In this document: piece by piece, positions 48,751 through 59,697 of the stretch | Position numbering within the stretch: position 1 is the stretch's first letter | Layout: each line of letters opens with the position of its first letter | DNA from: Spirochaetia bacterium | GTDB lineage: Bacteria; Spirochaetota; Spirochaetia; UBA9216 | DNA length: 64,000 nt | Assembly: GCA_963677925.2 (NCBI GenBank) | Contig: CAXXYH010000003.1 | Location: forward strand, 96,001 to 160,000 | Direction of reading: 5' to 3' | The notes under the pieces: generated by a model | What the model saw: the letters and a program-made list of their open reading frames with translations, nothing else | What the model was told of the DNA's origin: nothing | Databases searched by the model: none | Position numbers and translations under genes: made by a program

Positions 48751-50298
48751 CTATTCCCACTCGATTGTTGCGGGCGGTTTTGATGAAATATCATAAACCA
48801 CCCTCCCGATACCCGGTATAGAGTTTGTTATTAGAGATGATATTTCAAGCAGGTCTTTGGTTTCAAATGGATATACATCAGCGGTCATTCCGTCGCTGCT
48901 GTTGATTGCCCGCAGTGCAAGAACATTACCGTATTTTCTGACATCGCCTGCAACCCCTACCGATTTAACCGGCAGCAGAACGGCAAATGCCTGCCAGATT
49001 TTATCATATAAACCGCGCTTTTTAAGTTCACTGATAAATATATAATCTGCTTCACGAAGCAGCTCGCATTTTTCAAAGGTAATATCACTTAGTATTCTTA
49101 CAGCAAGGCCCGGTCCCGGGAAGGGATGCCTTCGGATAATTTCTTCGCTTATTCCAACCTTGCGTCCGAGTTCACGAACTTCGTCCTTATACAATTTCCC
49201 GAGAGGTTCAATTATCAGCCCTGCTTCCCTTTTTGCTTCAACAAGAGGTGAGCGGACATTGTGATGTGATTTAATTACATGGGCTTTCTTGCCGACGCCC
49301 TTGCCCGATTCAATAAGATCGGTGTACAAAGTTCCCTGCGCGAGCATATAGTCTCCGCTGAGTCTTTTTCTAATCTCATCTTCCTGGACTTTGATAAAAA
49401 GGTCGCCGATAATTTCACGCTTTTTCTCAGGTTCGCTTACACCCTTAAGAGCTGTAAGAAAACGCTCCGAAGCATCAATAAGATAGAGATTTTCAGCACC
49501 CAGTTTCTTAAGTCCCTGCTCTACCTCTGCTGATTCATTCTTGCGCATCATACCGGTATCAATGTACATAAGATGTACTTTTGAAGGATTTAGAGCTTTA
49601 AGCAGCAGTCCCCCCACTACCGTGGAATCAACACCGCCGGAAATGAGAAGAAGGACATCATGTTCACCAACACGGCGCTGAACTTCCTCAATTTCCTGGT
49701 GAAGGTAGGCGTCCATATTCCATCCAGTCTCTGCTCCGCAAATTCCTGTAACGAAGTTTTTAAGAACATCAATACCCCGCTCACAATGGGTTACCTCAGG
49801 ATGGAACTGAATTCCGTAGGCATTTATTTTACTGTTATATCCGCAGGCGATATGATGCTCGGATTCAGCAATCAGCTCAAACCCGTCTCCGAGTTGTTCT
49901 ATACTGTCGCCGTGACTCATCCAGGATGTGAATCCGTCATTTATGCCCGCGAAAAGCTGTGATTCTTTTTTATAGGAGATATTGGATCTTCCGTATTCCC
50001 GTTTTTCGAGGGCTTCAACCTTTCCCCCGAAGTCGGCTGTCATTCTCTGAAAGCCGTAGCAGATTCCAAGCATCGGAAGACCTGTTTCATATATAGAAGA
50101 ATGAGGCTTTGGTGCATCCTGTTCATAAACTGAGGAAGGTGAACCGGACATTATAATGCCCCTTACATCCTTCAACAGTTCAGGAGTACATTCAGTTTCC
50201 GCTGTAACTATATCGGTGTACACACCGAAATCGCGTATTCTTCTTGCTATGAGCTGTGTAGTCTGACTGCCGAAATCAAAAACGAGAATTTTATCCAT
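48751..50298 (-). CDS. guaA: GMP synthase (glutamine-hydrolysing)
   Basis: GICYG, QFHPEV, SGGVDS, IKSHHN, KPPATIEWE. Confidence 0.97.
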   Translation of the reverse strand: MDKILVFDFGSQTTQLIARRIRDFGVYTDIVTAETECTPELLKDVRGIIMSGSPSSVYEQDAPKPHSSIYETGLPMLGICYGFQRMTADFGGKVEALEKREYGRSNISYKKESQLFAGINDGFTSWMSHGDSIEQLGDGFELIAESEHHIACGYNSKINAYGIQFHPEVTHCERGIDVLKNFVTGICGAETGWNMDAYLHQEIEEVQRRVGEHDVLLLISGGVDSTVVGGLLLKALNPSKVHLMYIDTGMMRKNESAEVEQGLKKLGAENLYLIDASERFLTALKGVSEPEKKREIIGDLFIKVQEDEIRKRLSGDYMLAQGTLYTDLIESGKGVGKKAHVIKSHHNVRSPLVEAKREAGLIIEPLGKLYKDEVRELGRKVGISEEIIRRHPFPGPGLAVRILSDITFEKCELLREADYIFISELKKRGLYDKIWQAFAVLLPVKSVGVAGDVRKYGNVLALRAINSSDGMTADVYPFETKDLLEISSLITNSIPGIGRVVYDISSKPPATIEWE

Positions 50299-51522
50299 CT
50301 ATTTCCAGAAATCCTTTCTTAAGATTGTTTCTTCCCTTTTATAACCTATTGAAACAATATCTACTGAAGTTTCAGTGTACTTTTCAATAAACTCAATGTA
50401 TTCAACGGCTTCTTTCGGAAGTTCATCAAAAGACCTGCAGTCTTTTAGGCTTTTTTTCCAGCCTTTGAATTTCCTGGTTACAGGAACAGCTTTTTCAAGA
50501 ACTGTTATATCTGTCGGGAAGTTTTCAATAAGCTCACCGTCGCATTCATAAGCTATACAGACTTTAAGCTCATCTATTTCGTCGTAAACATCAAGGTGTG
50601 TAAGAACAAGTGAATCAAGCGAGTTAACCCTGCATGAATATTTTAGAGCAGGCAGATCAAGGTATCCGCAGCGTCTGGGACGTCCGGTTGTTACACCGTA
50701 TTCACGGCCGGTTTCCCGTATGTAGTTTTCAAGATCGCCGTCGCGGCCTTCTTTAAACTCACTTGGGAAAGGACCATTTCCTACTCTTGTTGAGTAAGCC
50801 TTGAATACGCCCATTACTCCATGAATATTACGCGGGCCGATTCCCCCGCCCATAGCGGCACCGGCAGCCTGTGAGTAGCCAGAAGATACAAAGGGATATG
50901 TCCCGACGTCCAGGTCAAGAAGTACACCCTGTGCTCCTTCGAACAGAACTCTTTTGTCTTTGCTGTCTGCCATAAAGCTGCAGAGATCAATTACCATTTC
51001 TTTGATACGATCTTTGTACTGGGAAAGATAATCGGTATCTGCCTTGCTAAGGCGTCCGTAAATATCATCGTTAAACAGATCCGCAATTCTCACACCGTCC
51101 CGGTGTGCTTTGTGAGCATAAGTAACACCCATTCCGCGGCCTGTTGTTCCGATGGGTTTGATTCGTTTTTTATCGAGGTCTATATCTTCTTCCTTATATC
51201 TAGGAAGAACAATATGTGCACGATCAGAAATAAGAACTCTTCCCTTCCAGTCAATTCCCTGACTGCTTAGGGTTTCCAGCTCCTCAAACATTGAAGTAAG
51301 GTCGATAGCCATTCCGGTACCAAGTACAACAGTTTTATCTCCGTAAATAATACCGGAAGGAATCAGGTGAAGCTTGTAAGTCGTATCACCTGCAACAATA
51401 GTATGTCCAGCATTGGCGCCGCCGGAATATCGTACTACGAGATCCGCCTCACTAGCGAGATAATCAACAATTTTACCCTTGCCCTCATCACCCCACTGAG
51501 CGCCGACAACTACAAGATTCAT
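50299..51522 (-). CDS. purA: Adenylosuccinate synthetase
   Basis: QWGDEGKGK, GGANAGHT, GVTTGRPRRCG. Confidence 0.97.
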   Translation of the reverse strand: MNLVVVGAQWGDEGKGKIVDYLASEADLVVRYSGGANAGHTIVAGDTTYKLHLIPSGIIYGDKTVVLGTGMAIDLTSMFEELETLSSQGIDWKGRVLISDRAHIVLPRYKEEDIDLDKKRIKPIGTTGRGMGVTYAHKAHRDGVRIADLFNDDIYGRLSKADTDYLSQYKDRIKEMVIDLCSFMADSKDKRVLFEGAQGVLLDLDVGTYPFVSSGYSQAAGAAMGGGIGPRNIHGVMGVFKAYSTRVGNGPFPSEFKEGRDGDLENYIRETGREYGVTTGRPRRCGYLDLPALKYSCRVNSLDSLVLTHLDVYDEIDELKVCIAYECDGELIENFPTDITVLEKAVPVTRKFKGWKKSLKDCRSFDELPKEAVEYIEFIEKYTETSVDIVSIGYKREETILRKDFWK

Positions 51523-51533
51523 AAAAATTCCCC

Positions 51534-52973
51534 TTAATTCTTTGAATAGTTAGGAGCCTCCTGGGTTATCATAATGTCATGAGCATGACTTTCCCGGAGA
51601 CCAGCGGGGGAAATCTTAACAAAATTTTTATAATTGCGCAATTCATTTATATCCGAACATCCGCAATAACTCATCCCTTTTTTCAGGCCTGTCATAAGCT
51701 GATGAAGGAAGGGTTTCAGCTCACCCTTGTACGGAACGCGTCCCTCAATTCCCTCGGGCACCGGTGCGTCACCTTCTTTCATCTGATAGCGGTCTCCGGA
51801 ACCTTCGGCTATGGCTCCGATTGACCCCATACCTCTGTACTGCTTGAAAATACGACCTTCGTAGATAACTTCCTTACCCGGTGATTCTTTAAGCCCGGCA
51901 AAGAGGTTTCCTACCATAATGGAAGAACCTCCCGCTGCAATCGCCTTGGTGATATCGCCGGAAAACTTGATTCCGCCGTCAGCAATAATTGGTATGTTAT
52001 CTTTTTCAGCTTCTTCGGCGCACCACATAACTGCTGAAAACTGCGGAACACCGATTCCTGCAACAATACGTGTTGTACAGATTGAACCTGGCCCTACTCC
52101 CACTTTTACAGCATCAGACCCGGCATCAATCAGCCTTCTGGTAGCTTCAGCTGTTGCTGCATTTCCGCCGATAACAGTGATGTTGTATTTTTTCTTGATG
52201 TCTGCAACAGCTTTGATTACGCTGTCTGCGTCACCGTGGGCAGTATCAAGTGCAATAAAATCAACTCTGTTTTCAAGCAGCAGCGGAATACGTTTATCAA
52301 AATCCTGAGGAGAAACAGCGGCGCCTACAATAAGCCTTCCATGAGCATCAGTTGCTGCATTTGGATGATCGTTGTGCTTTTCCATATCTTTTACGGTAAT
52401 CAGTCCGGTAATCTTTCCGGAAGCATCAACTACCGGCAGTTTCTCAATTTTATAAGTGTTGAATTTATCCTGTGCAGATTCAGGTGTTATGTTTCCGCTT
52501 TCAGTAATAACCTTTCCGGTCATAACATCTTTAACAAGCAGATTATTGTTATCGCAGAACCTCAGATCACGTCCGGTAATAATACCTGTTAAAATACCGG
52601 TTTCATTGGTTACCGGAAAGCCAGACACACCGTATTTCTGTCTGAGAGCCCTTACATCGCCTATCAGCGTGTCTTCATGAACAGTTATGGGATTTTCTAT
52701 GATCCAGTTTAGAAAACGCTTTACAGACCCAACCTGAGCAGCCTGTTCTTCCGGAGAAAGATTACGGTGAATAACACCTGCGCCTCCTTCAAGTGCCAGT
52801 GCAATGGCCATATCCTCTTCTGTTACGGTATCCATAGCGGCTGAAAGAACCGGAGTATTAAGATATATATCACCGGCCAGTCTTGTTTTTACACTCGCTG
52901 TATGAGGAAGAACTGAAGAATTCCCGGGGATGAGAAGAATATCGTCGTAACTGTATGATTCTTTTATTTCCAT
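51534..52973 (-). CDS. guaB: IMP dehydrogenase with CBS pair
   Basis: SAAMDTVT, KVGVGPGSICTTR, YRGMGS. Confidence 0.97.
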   Translation of the reverse strand: MEIKESYSYDDILLIPGNSSVLPHTASVKTRLAGDIYLNTPVLSAAMDTVTEEDMAIALALEGGAGVIHRNLSPEEQAAQVGSVKRFLNWIIENPITVHEDTLIGDVRALRQKYGVSGFPVTNETGILTGIITGRDLRFCDNNNLLVKDVMTGKVITESGNITPESAQDKFNTYKIEKLPVVDASGKITGLITVKDMEKHNDHPNAATDAHGRLIVGAAVSPQDFDKRIPLLLENRVDFIALDTAHGDADSVIKAVADIKKKYNITVIGGNAATAEATRRLIDAGSDAVKVGVGPGSICTTRIVAGIGVPQFSAVMWCAEEAEKDNIPIIADGGIKFSGDITKAIAAGGSSIMVGNLFAGLKESPGKEVIYEGRIFKQYRGMGSIGAIAEGSGDRYQMKEGDAPVPEGIEGRVPYKGELKPFLHQLMTGLKKGMSYCGCSDINELRNYKNFVKISPAGLRESHAHDIMITQEAPNYSKN

Positions 52974-52974
52974 C

Positions 52975-54402
52975 TTAGAGACTCTCCCTTATTTTTTTCA
53001 TTTCTTCTGTATATCTGCCGGTAATCATCATTGTCTTTTCTACAGCCTTGCCCCGGTAAAGTTCTGGTTTTGCAAAAAATTCTGCAGCATCTATTCCTGC
53101 AGTTGATGAAAGCTGTTCAGAGATGCTCTTCCAGACTTCGGGCTGCTTCGGAAGTTCAGCAGCAAGAGTTGTTCCGTTCTTTTCACATTCAAGGGTCACT
53201 TTTCTTATAACTTCGTGTGCATCGGGTTCACCGGCGCATGAAAGAAGAATATAAGCGGCCTCTGCAAGAACAAGATCTCCGGTGAAATGCAGATTCTCGG
53301 AAAGTCTCTTCTTATCAACATAAAGTGTGCTGACAATCTTAATCATTCTTGCCACTGCAGCGCTGAAGCCTGCTATGTAATCAGCAATAAATCTGGATGA
53401 GGCTGAGTTGGAAAGATCCCTCTGATGCTCTGAAATCTGGTCCATGTAAAATGTAACAACCCTGGGTGCAAATGCTTTCCACAGGCTTTTGACATGCTCT
53501 GAATTCCACGGATTTCTTTTCTGGGGCATTGTCGATGAGCCGACCTGGGTTGATGTGAACATCTCGCGCAGTTCGGAAATTTCAGAACGCTGTAGATGCC
53601 TCAGGTCATCGGCAAGATTTGCCAGTACTCCGAATGCTGTATTTATTTCGAGAAGCAGTCTAAGCAGGTATTCCGGCTCCACCATCTGGGTTGAATGCTC
53701 TGAGGCTTCAAGGCCGAGATAGTCAAGATATCTTTTTTCAAGATCAAAGGGATCCTTAACCATCATGCTTGTTGAGTTATATGCTCCTACGGCACCTGCA
53801 AGTTTTCCTTTAAGCTGATTGGATAGTCTTTCAATTTCAATAATTGATTTACCTAGTCTGGATACATACTCTGCAAGGGCAAAACCAAGAGTTACCGGAA
53901 CCGCATGCTGTCCGTGAGTTCTTCCTACCTGCGGAGTATCTGCCTCATCGGCAGCAACTTTTATAAGTTTTTCTTCGAGTTCAATTAACTGCGGCAGAAT
54001 AACGTTTTTAACACCATCCCGGTACTTCATAGATGAAGCGGTATCAAGAATATCTACCGAAGTAGCGCCGAGATGAACAAAGGGTTTTATTTCATCCGGG
54101 AGCTTTGCCTTCATAACGTTGACAAGAGCTCTGATGTTATGCTGTGTTTTTTCTTCTTCAGCGTATACTTCGTCGGGAGTTATTTCTTCTGCGATTCGGT
54201 CAACTGTTTCGAAGAAGCTGTCATAAGCGGGGCTCTGAAGGCTCATGTGGCTTTTGAGCAGTGCACATTCGGCTTTGATGCAGTACATGATACTGGCTTC
54301 TTCACTTATATATTCTGCCAGCGCATCAAAATTCTTTCGGTTTGCTAAATAATATCGGTGATCTAGCGGTGATATGTTCTTAAAAATGTTTCTGTCTTCC
54401 AT
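52975..54402 (-). CDS. purB: Adenylosuccinate lyase
   Basis: ISPLD.RY, GRTHGQHA, GSSTMPQKRNP. Confidence 0.94.
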   Translation of the reverse strand: MEDRNIFKNISPLDHRYYLANRKNFDALAEYISEEASIMYCIKAECALLKSHMSLQSPAYDSFFETVDRIAEEITPDEVYAEEEKTQHNIRALVNVMKAKLPDEIKPFVHLGATSVDILDTASSMKYRDGVKNVILPQLIELEEKLIKVAADEADTPQVGRTHGQHAVPVTLGFALAEYVSRLGKSIIEIERLSNQLKGKLAGAVGAYNSTSMMVKDPFDLEKRYLDYLGLEASEHSTQMVEPEYLLRLLLEINTAFGVLANLADDLRHLQRSEISELREMFTSTQVGSSTMPQKRNPWNSEHVKSLWKAFAPRVVTFYMDQISEHQRDLSNSASSRFIADYIAGFSAAVARMIKIVSTLYVDKKRLSENLHFTGDLVLAEAAYILLSCAGEPDAHEVIRKVTLECEKNGTTLAAELPKQPEVWKSISEQLSSTAGIDAAEFFAKPELYRGKAVEKTMMITGRYTEEMKKIRESL

Positions 54403-54473
54403 ACGAGAAGATACCAGAAAACTTTTAAAATGTGAATACAGACCGGGTTTAAATATGATATTATTCAGTATCT

Positions 54474-56366
54474 ATGATAAAAACCAAAAGTCCTGAATTA
54501 CTTCTGACAGAGGCCATAGAAGACGGGCGCAACCGTAATTACCAGTCGGCACTGAAAAAACTCAAAGAAGTACTCGTGCTCACAGACGGGCTCCCCGAAG
54601 CTTTTCTTTATGCCGGAAGGGCTAACCATGCCCTGGGTAATCTTGAAGCGGCGGTTACAGCATATAAATTTTATATAGATAAAGTTCCTCAATCAGGTGC
54701 CGGATATTTTTATCTTGGAAGAACTTATATTGCTCTGGATAACTTTGTGCAGGCGTCAATCTGCTTTGCAGAATCAATACAGTATAGCAAAAGCTTCGCC
54801 CCTGCCTATGCCTATTATGGTTATTCACTGGTAAGACGGGGGAAATTCAGAATCGCGCTAAGGTATCTTGAACAGGCTGTTAATCTTGATCCAGTTGACA
54901 GATCAATTTACACGATGTATGTAAACGCTGTTTTTATTGCTTCTGTAGATGCGTTTCGAAAGGAAGATTTCGACTACGCACTATCTGGTTTTCTTTTTCT
55001 TAATGAATCAGATAATTCGAATCTTTCTACTCTTCTATATACCGGAATCATTCTAAAAGACAGCGGAAGACATGACGAGGCTGCTGCTTTTTTACAGATG
55101 GCCTCAGCATACGCTTCTGATGATAATGAAATAAAAAGTCTTTTAGCAGAAGCTCTTTTTTTAAGCGGACAAATCGAGGAAGGAGATAAAGTCCTCTCAT
55201 CTTTTATGACGCCGTCTGATAAAAATGAATTTATCAGCAATTTGAGCAATCTGGAAGATATTTTTGCGGTAGCTTACTATAAAAAAAATGATTTTAAATC
55301 CGCCTTTCATTTTGCAATAAAATCACTTAAAAAAGATAAAACCGAAAGCATGTATCTGTTGGCAGGTGACTGCATTCTTAAATCCGGCAATATAGAAATT
55401 GCCTACAATCACTTCACACGTGCCCTTGAATTAAACAGAAAGTCCTCCGGCGCAATGCAGGGACGGGCTGCAGCTCTCTGGCTTTTAAGAGATTTCAGTA
55501 ATATGAAGAAAGAAATCAGTGCTATCCTGAAAATTAATCCGTCAGACGAGTTTGCTGAATATTATAAACCCTTGTGCAGTTATTATACAAAAGAGCCTGT
55601 ATCAGAATGGAAGTTCGCTATAGAGCAGAGAATCAAGAAAAATCCTGATCACTGGTACTGCACTGTTCTTGGCGAATATTATTTAAATCAAGGCAAGGCT
55701 CCTGAAAAAGCTGAAAAACTTTTTAAGAAAGCTGTAGCTGCCAAACCGGACCACAAAGAAGCCTGGGATGGACTTTTAATCATTCACCATGACAGGTCCG
55801 ATAACAATACTGAAAAAATTCTCAGTGATTATCTCCGTGTTTACCGATTTGATCAGCAGATAAGAGAAAAACTTGTTCATATCTACATTAAAAATTCTAA
55901 TTTTAAGCAGGCTATAACCGAACTGGAAATAATTTCAGCAGAACAGAGTACTAATATTAAAATAATCAGGCAGCTTGCATACTGCAACAGAATGAGTAAA
56001 AACTTCAGGGAAGCTGCAATATTGTACCGCAGAATCCTTCAAACCATGCCGGAAGATGAAAACATCCTGAAAAACCTGGTCTACTGCTATCGAAGATCAG
56101 GGAATGAAGTGCAGGCAGGCCTTCTGCTTGCTGCGGCTATAGATTACCTGCCCAAGCCGGGAACAGAACTATTTCTTACATACGGAGTATCATTATACAG
56201 GCTTGGGAAACCGGAAGAGGCATTAAGCGTTTTTCAGAAATGCTTATACAGCGGTCATCGTGACTGGCGGCTTTTTAGAAATATGGGAATTATCTACCGT
56301 GAAAAAGGCCTTAAAGATTATTCAAGAATGTATTTCAGTAAGGCAGAGGAACTGAAAAAAAGATAA
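54474..56366 (+). CDS. Tetratricopeptide repeat protein
   Basis: Many A..Y.G..Y..LG....A...F..AL...P repeats. Confidence 0.9.
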   Translation: MIKTKSPELLLTEAIEDGRNRNYQSALKKLKEVLVLTDGLPEAFLYAGRANHALGNLEAAVTAYKFYIDKVPQSGAGYFYLGRTYIALDNFVQASICFAESIQYSKSFAPAYAYYGYSLVRRGKFRIALRYLEQAVNLDPVDRSIYTMYVNAVFIASVDAFRKEDFDYALSGFLFLNESDNSNLSTLLYTGIILKDSGRHDEAAAFLQMASAYASDDNEIKSLLAEALFLSGQIEEGDKVLSSFMTPSDKNEFISNLSNLEDIFAVAYYKKNDFKSAFHFAIKSLKKDKTESMYLLAGDCILKSGNIEIAYNHFTRALELNRKSSGAMQGRAAALWLLRDFSNMKKEISAILKINPSDEFAEYYKPLCSYYTKEPVSEWKFAIEQRIKKNPDHWYCTVLGEYYLNQGKAPEKAEKLFKKAVAAKPDHKEAWDGLLIIHHDRSDNNTEKILSDYLRVYRFDQQIREKLVHIYIKNSNFKQAITELEIISAEQSTNIKIIRQLAYCNRMSKNFREAAILYRRILQTMPEDENILKNLVYCYRRSGNEVQAGLLLAAAIDYLPKPGTELFLTYGVSLYRLGKPEEALSVFQKCLYSGHRDWRLFRNMGIIYREKGLKDYSRMYFSKAEELKKR

Positions 56367-56418
56367 ACTTTATTGCGTAATAAAGTTGTTCATTCTATAA
56401 TAATTACAGGAGGATGGC

Positions 56419-56967
56419 ATGGGTAACGTAAAAGCACTCGATTTATTTCAGGCATACAACGAAGGTAAACTTCCGCAGGACGGCGGATATATTGTTTCTT
56501 CATTTTTCAGCAATAATTCCCCATATGCAATTTATGAGGTTGTAGCCTATGCAGGAGTTAAAAATATCAGTTTAAGCGGTGAAGGTCTTACATTTCAGAC
56601 TGACGGAAGCAAACTGTACATACTTGTCGAACCGTCAATGTATCCCAAAAAGTACATTGAACCGGTTTCCAGGGAATTCGGTAAATCTATTCCTTTCAGA
56701 TTTAATGAACTTAATATACATAATTCAAAAAATCAGTATAAAATTATGGTTCCTAAAAAGCCGATTATTACTTATTCTTCATTTACAATCCTGAAACCAA
56801 CCGGTATTAATTTTGCATTATGTTTTTATCATCTTCCAGAAGTACTGGAAACACTTGAATTTTTCTTCGTACAGACCTTCAACAGAGAATGTCAGGTACC
56901 TAAAAGAGATTCGGAACAGGCAGCCAAGATGGTAATTGAAGGTGTTAAAAATTTCGGAACATTCTAA
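56419..56967 (+). CDS. Hypothetical protein
   Basis: 182-aa ORF with AGGAGG RBS. Confidence 0.8.
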   Translation: MGNVKALDLFQAYNEGKLPQDGGYIVSSFFSNNSPYAIYEVVAYAGVKNISLSGEGLTFQTDGSKLYILVEPSMYPKKYIEPVSREFGKSIPFRFNELNIHNSKNQYKIMVPKKPIITYSSFTILKPTGINFALCFYHLPEVLETLEFFFVQTFNRECQVPKRDSEQAAKMVIEGVKNFGTF

Positions 56968-56984
56968 TAACTTTTTATTTTTAT

Positions 56985-57023
56985 AAAAAAAGGGGCTTTC
57001 TTATAAAAAGATGCCCCTTTTTT
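56985..57023. terminator. Probable bidirectional intrinsic terminator
   Basis: aaaaaaggggc...gcccctttttt between convergent genes. Confidence 0.7.
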
Positions 57024-57044
57024 GTTTATGTATGCGTTAAGCTT

Positions 57045-59681
57045 CTAATTCGTTTTCAGCAGAGCCTGTGCAGTTGCAAGAGCGGCTATAGGAACTGAAT
57101 AGGTTGAGCAGGATACATAATCCAGTCCGTTTTCAATACAGAATTCTATATTCTCAGGTGCTGCTCCATGTTCACCGCAAAGTCCCTTCTTTAGATCGGG
57201 CCTTGTTATAGTTCCCCGCTGAACAGCTGTTGCTATCAGTTCCTTTACAGGACGTTCCAGTGTTCTGAAAGGATTACCGCTCATAATATCATAAAGGGTA
57301 TAGTCAGGCATAAACGAAGTAAAATCATCTCTTGAGAGGCCTAATGTAGTCTGAGTAAGATCATTGGTGCCAAACGAGAAAAACTGTGCATATCTGGCAA
57401 TATTATCAGCGGACAATGCAGCCGCAGGAAGCTCAATCATAGTCCCTACTTTATAATCAACCGGTTTTACTTTCAGCTGTTCACGAACGTTCTGCTCTAT
57501 TTCGACAAGGCCCTTATAATGAGAACCTTCAATTTTCTTTCCGTAAAGGATCATCTTAAGTTCGGTCTCATTCATAATCAGCGGTATCATTATCTCAGGT
57601 TTTACATCTATACCCTTCGATTTAACAGCATAGGCGGCCTCAAAGATAGATTCGATCTGCATTTGATAAATTTCAGGATAACTGATTGCTATTCTGCACC
57701 CTCTATGACCAAGCATGGGATTGAATTCTTTAAGGCTCTCTGATTTTTCCCTTAGCTGTTTTTCAGTGATTTTCGTTCCGGAAGTTTTAAGGTAATCAAG
57801 AAATGCTTTTACCTCTGCAGTATTGTGAGGCAGAAACTCATGAAGCGGAGCATCAAGAAGTCTTATGTTGATTTCTTTTCCGTTCATTACCTTAAAGAGA
57901 TCCTGAAAATCTTTTTTCTGCATCTGTTTAAGTTTTTTAAGGACCTTAGCTCTTTCTTCAGAGGTCTCGGCAAAAATCATTTCACGAAATACATTGATGC
58001 GTTTTTCATCGAAAAACATATGCTCTGTTCTACATAGCCCGATTCCATCTGCACCGAAGGCAAGAGCCAGTTTTGCATCTGCAGCTTTATCACAGTTTGC
58101 CCGTATATCAAATCCTTTTATATTATCTTTAACTATCTTAAGAAAATCTATCAAACCATTTTTAGCAGGATCAGGTTTTATAAGCTGAGCTTTACCCCAT
58201 ACAATTGAAGGTGTATCAAATTCCGGTACATTAAGCGTGATGAAATCACCTTCCTTAATAGTCTTACCGCCAATAGTGGCTTTTTTACCGTTGATTTTAA
58301 TATCAGGATTTACAAGCGATACTTTACCATACTGTCTTGCAACTACTGAGGCATGAGCCGAATAGCCACCTTCTGAAGAAAGTACTCCGGTAGCAATTTC
58401 TATAGCCTTAACATCCTCTGCAAAACTTGAAGTAAGACACAAAATCAGTCTGTCATCAAGATCATTCATTCTTGAGGTTTTATACTCTTCAATAAGTCCC
58501 TCTGTAGAAAAGAAAACCCTGCCGACAGCCGCACCCGGAGCGCCTGAAATTCCCCCCTCTACTTTCGGCATAGACTTTACTGAATCAAGATCTATAACAG
58601 GGTGTAGAAGTTCATTAAGTTCAGAAGGTTTGATAGCATTAATAACCTGAGTATCATTTATAAGTTTTTTATTTTTAAGGTCAAGAAGCAGCTGAATATC
58701 GGCTCTTGTTGATTTTTCACTGATCGGATTCTGATTTATAAGTGACAGTCTTCCGTTTTCAATAGTAAAACCTATTTTTCGGATATCAAGATAGGTCGTT
58801 TCAAGTTTTAAAGCTATATCTTCAAACTGTTTAAGATATTTTTTATCTATATTTTTGATCGACTTACCGCTTGATTCGGGGGAATTGAATTTATTAGTAA
58901 AATATTCACCTTCAAGAACTCCATTTCCGGTGATTGTATTTCTTGTTGTGAAATATCCGGAATAACTGTCTTTACCATAGTTACCGTAAACCATAGGCTG
59001 TATAAGAACGGCAACACCGGTATTTTCAGTATCTTCCAGTTTAATCAGGTAGCTTATGCGTTTTAAAACGGCCGCCAGCTGAGTCCTTGCAGTACTGAAA
59101 AGTTCTTCAGGAAGATCTTTCTTTTTCTGTTCCAGATATTTTCTACATTCATCAGCCTTCATGTTCTTACTGAGAAAACGTCCCGTTTCCTTTATATACT
59201 GATGATATTTATTGGCAAGTTTTGTATCTTCATTAAGTTCTGCAATTCTTTCTTCTATTGCGTAAATACCGTTGAGCATAAAAAGTATTTCCTGATACGC
59301 AAAATCTTTACCAACAAACTCACTGAAGCCTTCGAATGTATTATCAGCAAGTCCGAAATTATGCAGAACGGGGTACCTGGCGATTGCCAGATTAGAACTG
59401 ATAACGAGTTTAAGCAGCATCGGGTTTTTATCGCTGTCAAATGTTTTGCCGCTTTCTTTAGTATAATCACTGAAAAAGGGTTTTAAAGCATCAATAACTG
59501 CATCAACATCATCAAGATTTGAAGTTATTTCTGTTCCAAGTATAACACCTGGAACTACAGGCATTCCCATTGAAATGAGGTCATAGGTCTGCTGCCCTCT
59601 TATTCCTATTTTATTCTGTTCAGGTGCAGTTTTTGATAATTTATTCTTGCTTATAAAATATATATTTGATTTGATATCCAT
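57045..59681 (-). CDS. Pyruvate phosphate dikinase-like protein with degenerate nucleotide-binding domain
   Basis: GGYSAHASVVAR, GIGLCRTEHMF, EFNPMLGHRGCR, FSFGTNDLTQ, LCGEHG intact; N-domain motifs altered. Confidence 0.9.
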   Translation of the reverse strand: MDIKSNIYFISKNKLSKTAPEQNKIGIRGQQTYDLISMGMPVVPGVILGTEITSNLDDVDAVIDALKPFFSDYTKESGKTFDSDKNPMLLKLVISSNLAIARYPVLHNFGLADNTFEGFSEFVGKDFAYQEILFMLNGIYAIEERIAELNEDTKLANKYHQYIKETGRFLSKNMKADECRKYLEQKKKDLPEELFSTARTQLAAVLKRISYLIKLEDTENTGVAVLIQPMVYGNYGKDSYSGYFTTRNTITGNGVLEGEYFTNKFNSPESSGKSIKNIDKKYLKQFEDIALKLETTYLDIRKIGFTIENGRLSLINQNPISEKSTRADIQLLLDLKNKKLINDTQVINAIKPSELNELLHPVIDLDSVKSMPKVEGGISGAPGAAVGRVFFSTEGLIEEYKTSRMNDLDDRLILCLTSSFAEDVKAIEIATGVLSSEGGYSAHASVVARQYGKVSLVNPDIKINGKKATIGGKTIKEGDFITLNVPEFDTPSIVWGKAQLIKPDPAKNGLIDFLKIVKDNIKGFDIRANCDKAADAKLALAFGADGIGLCRTEHMFFDEKRINVFREMIFAETSEERAKVLKKLKQMQKKDFQDLFKVMNGKEINIRLLDAPLHEFLPHNTAEVKAFLDYLKTSGTKITEKQLREKSESLKEFNPMLGHRGCRIAISYPEIYQMQIESIFEAAYAVKSKGIDVKPEIMIPLIMNETELKMILYGKKIEGSHYKGLVEIEQNVREQLKVKPVDYKVGTMIELPAAALSADNIARYAQFFSFGTNDLTQTTLGLSRDDFTSFMPDYTLYDIMSGNPFRTLERPVKELIATAVQRGTITRPDLKKGLCGEHGAAPENIEFCIENGLDYVSCSTYSVPIAALATAQALLKTN

Positions 59682-59697
59682 GAATTAACCCTTATTA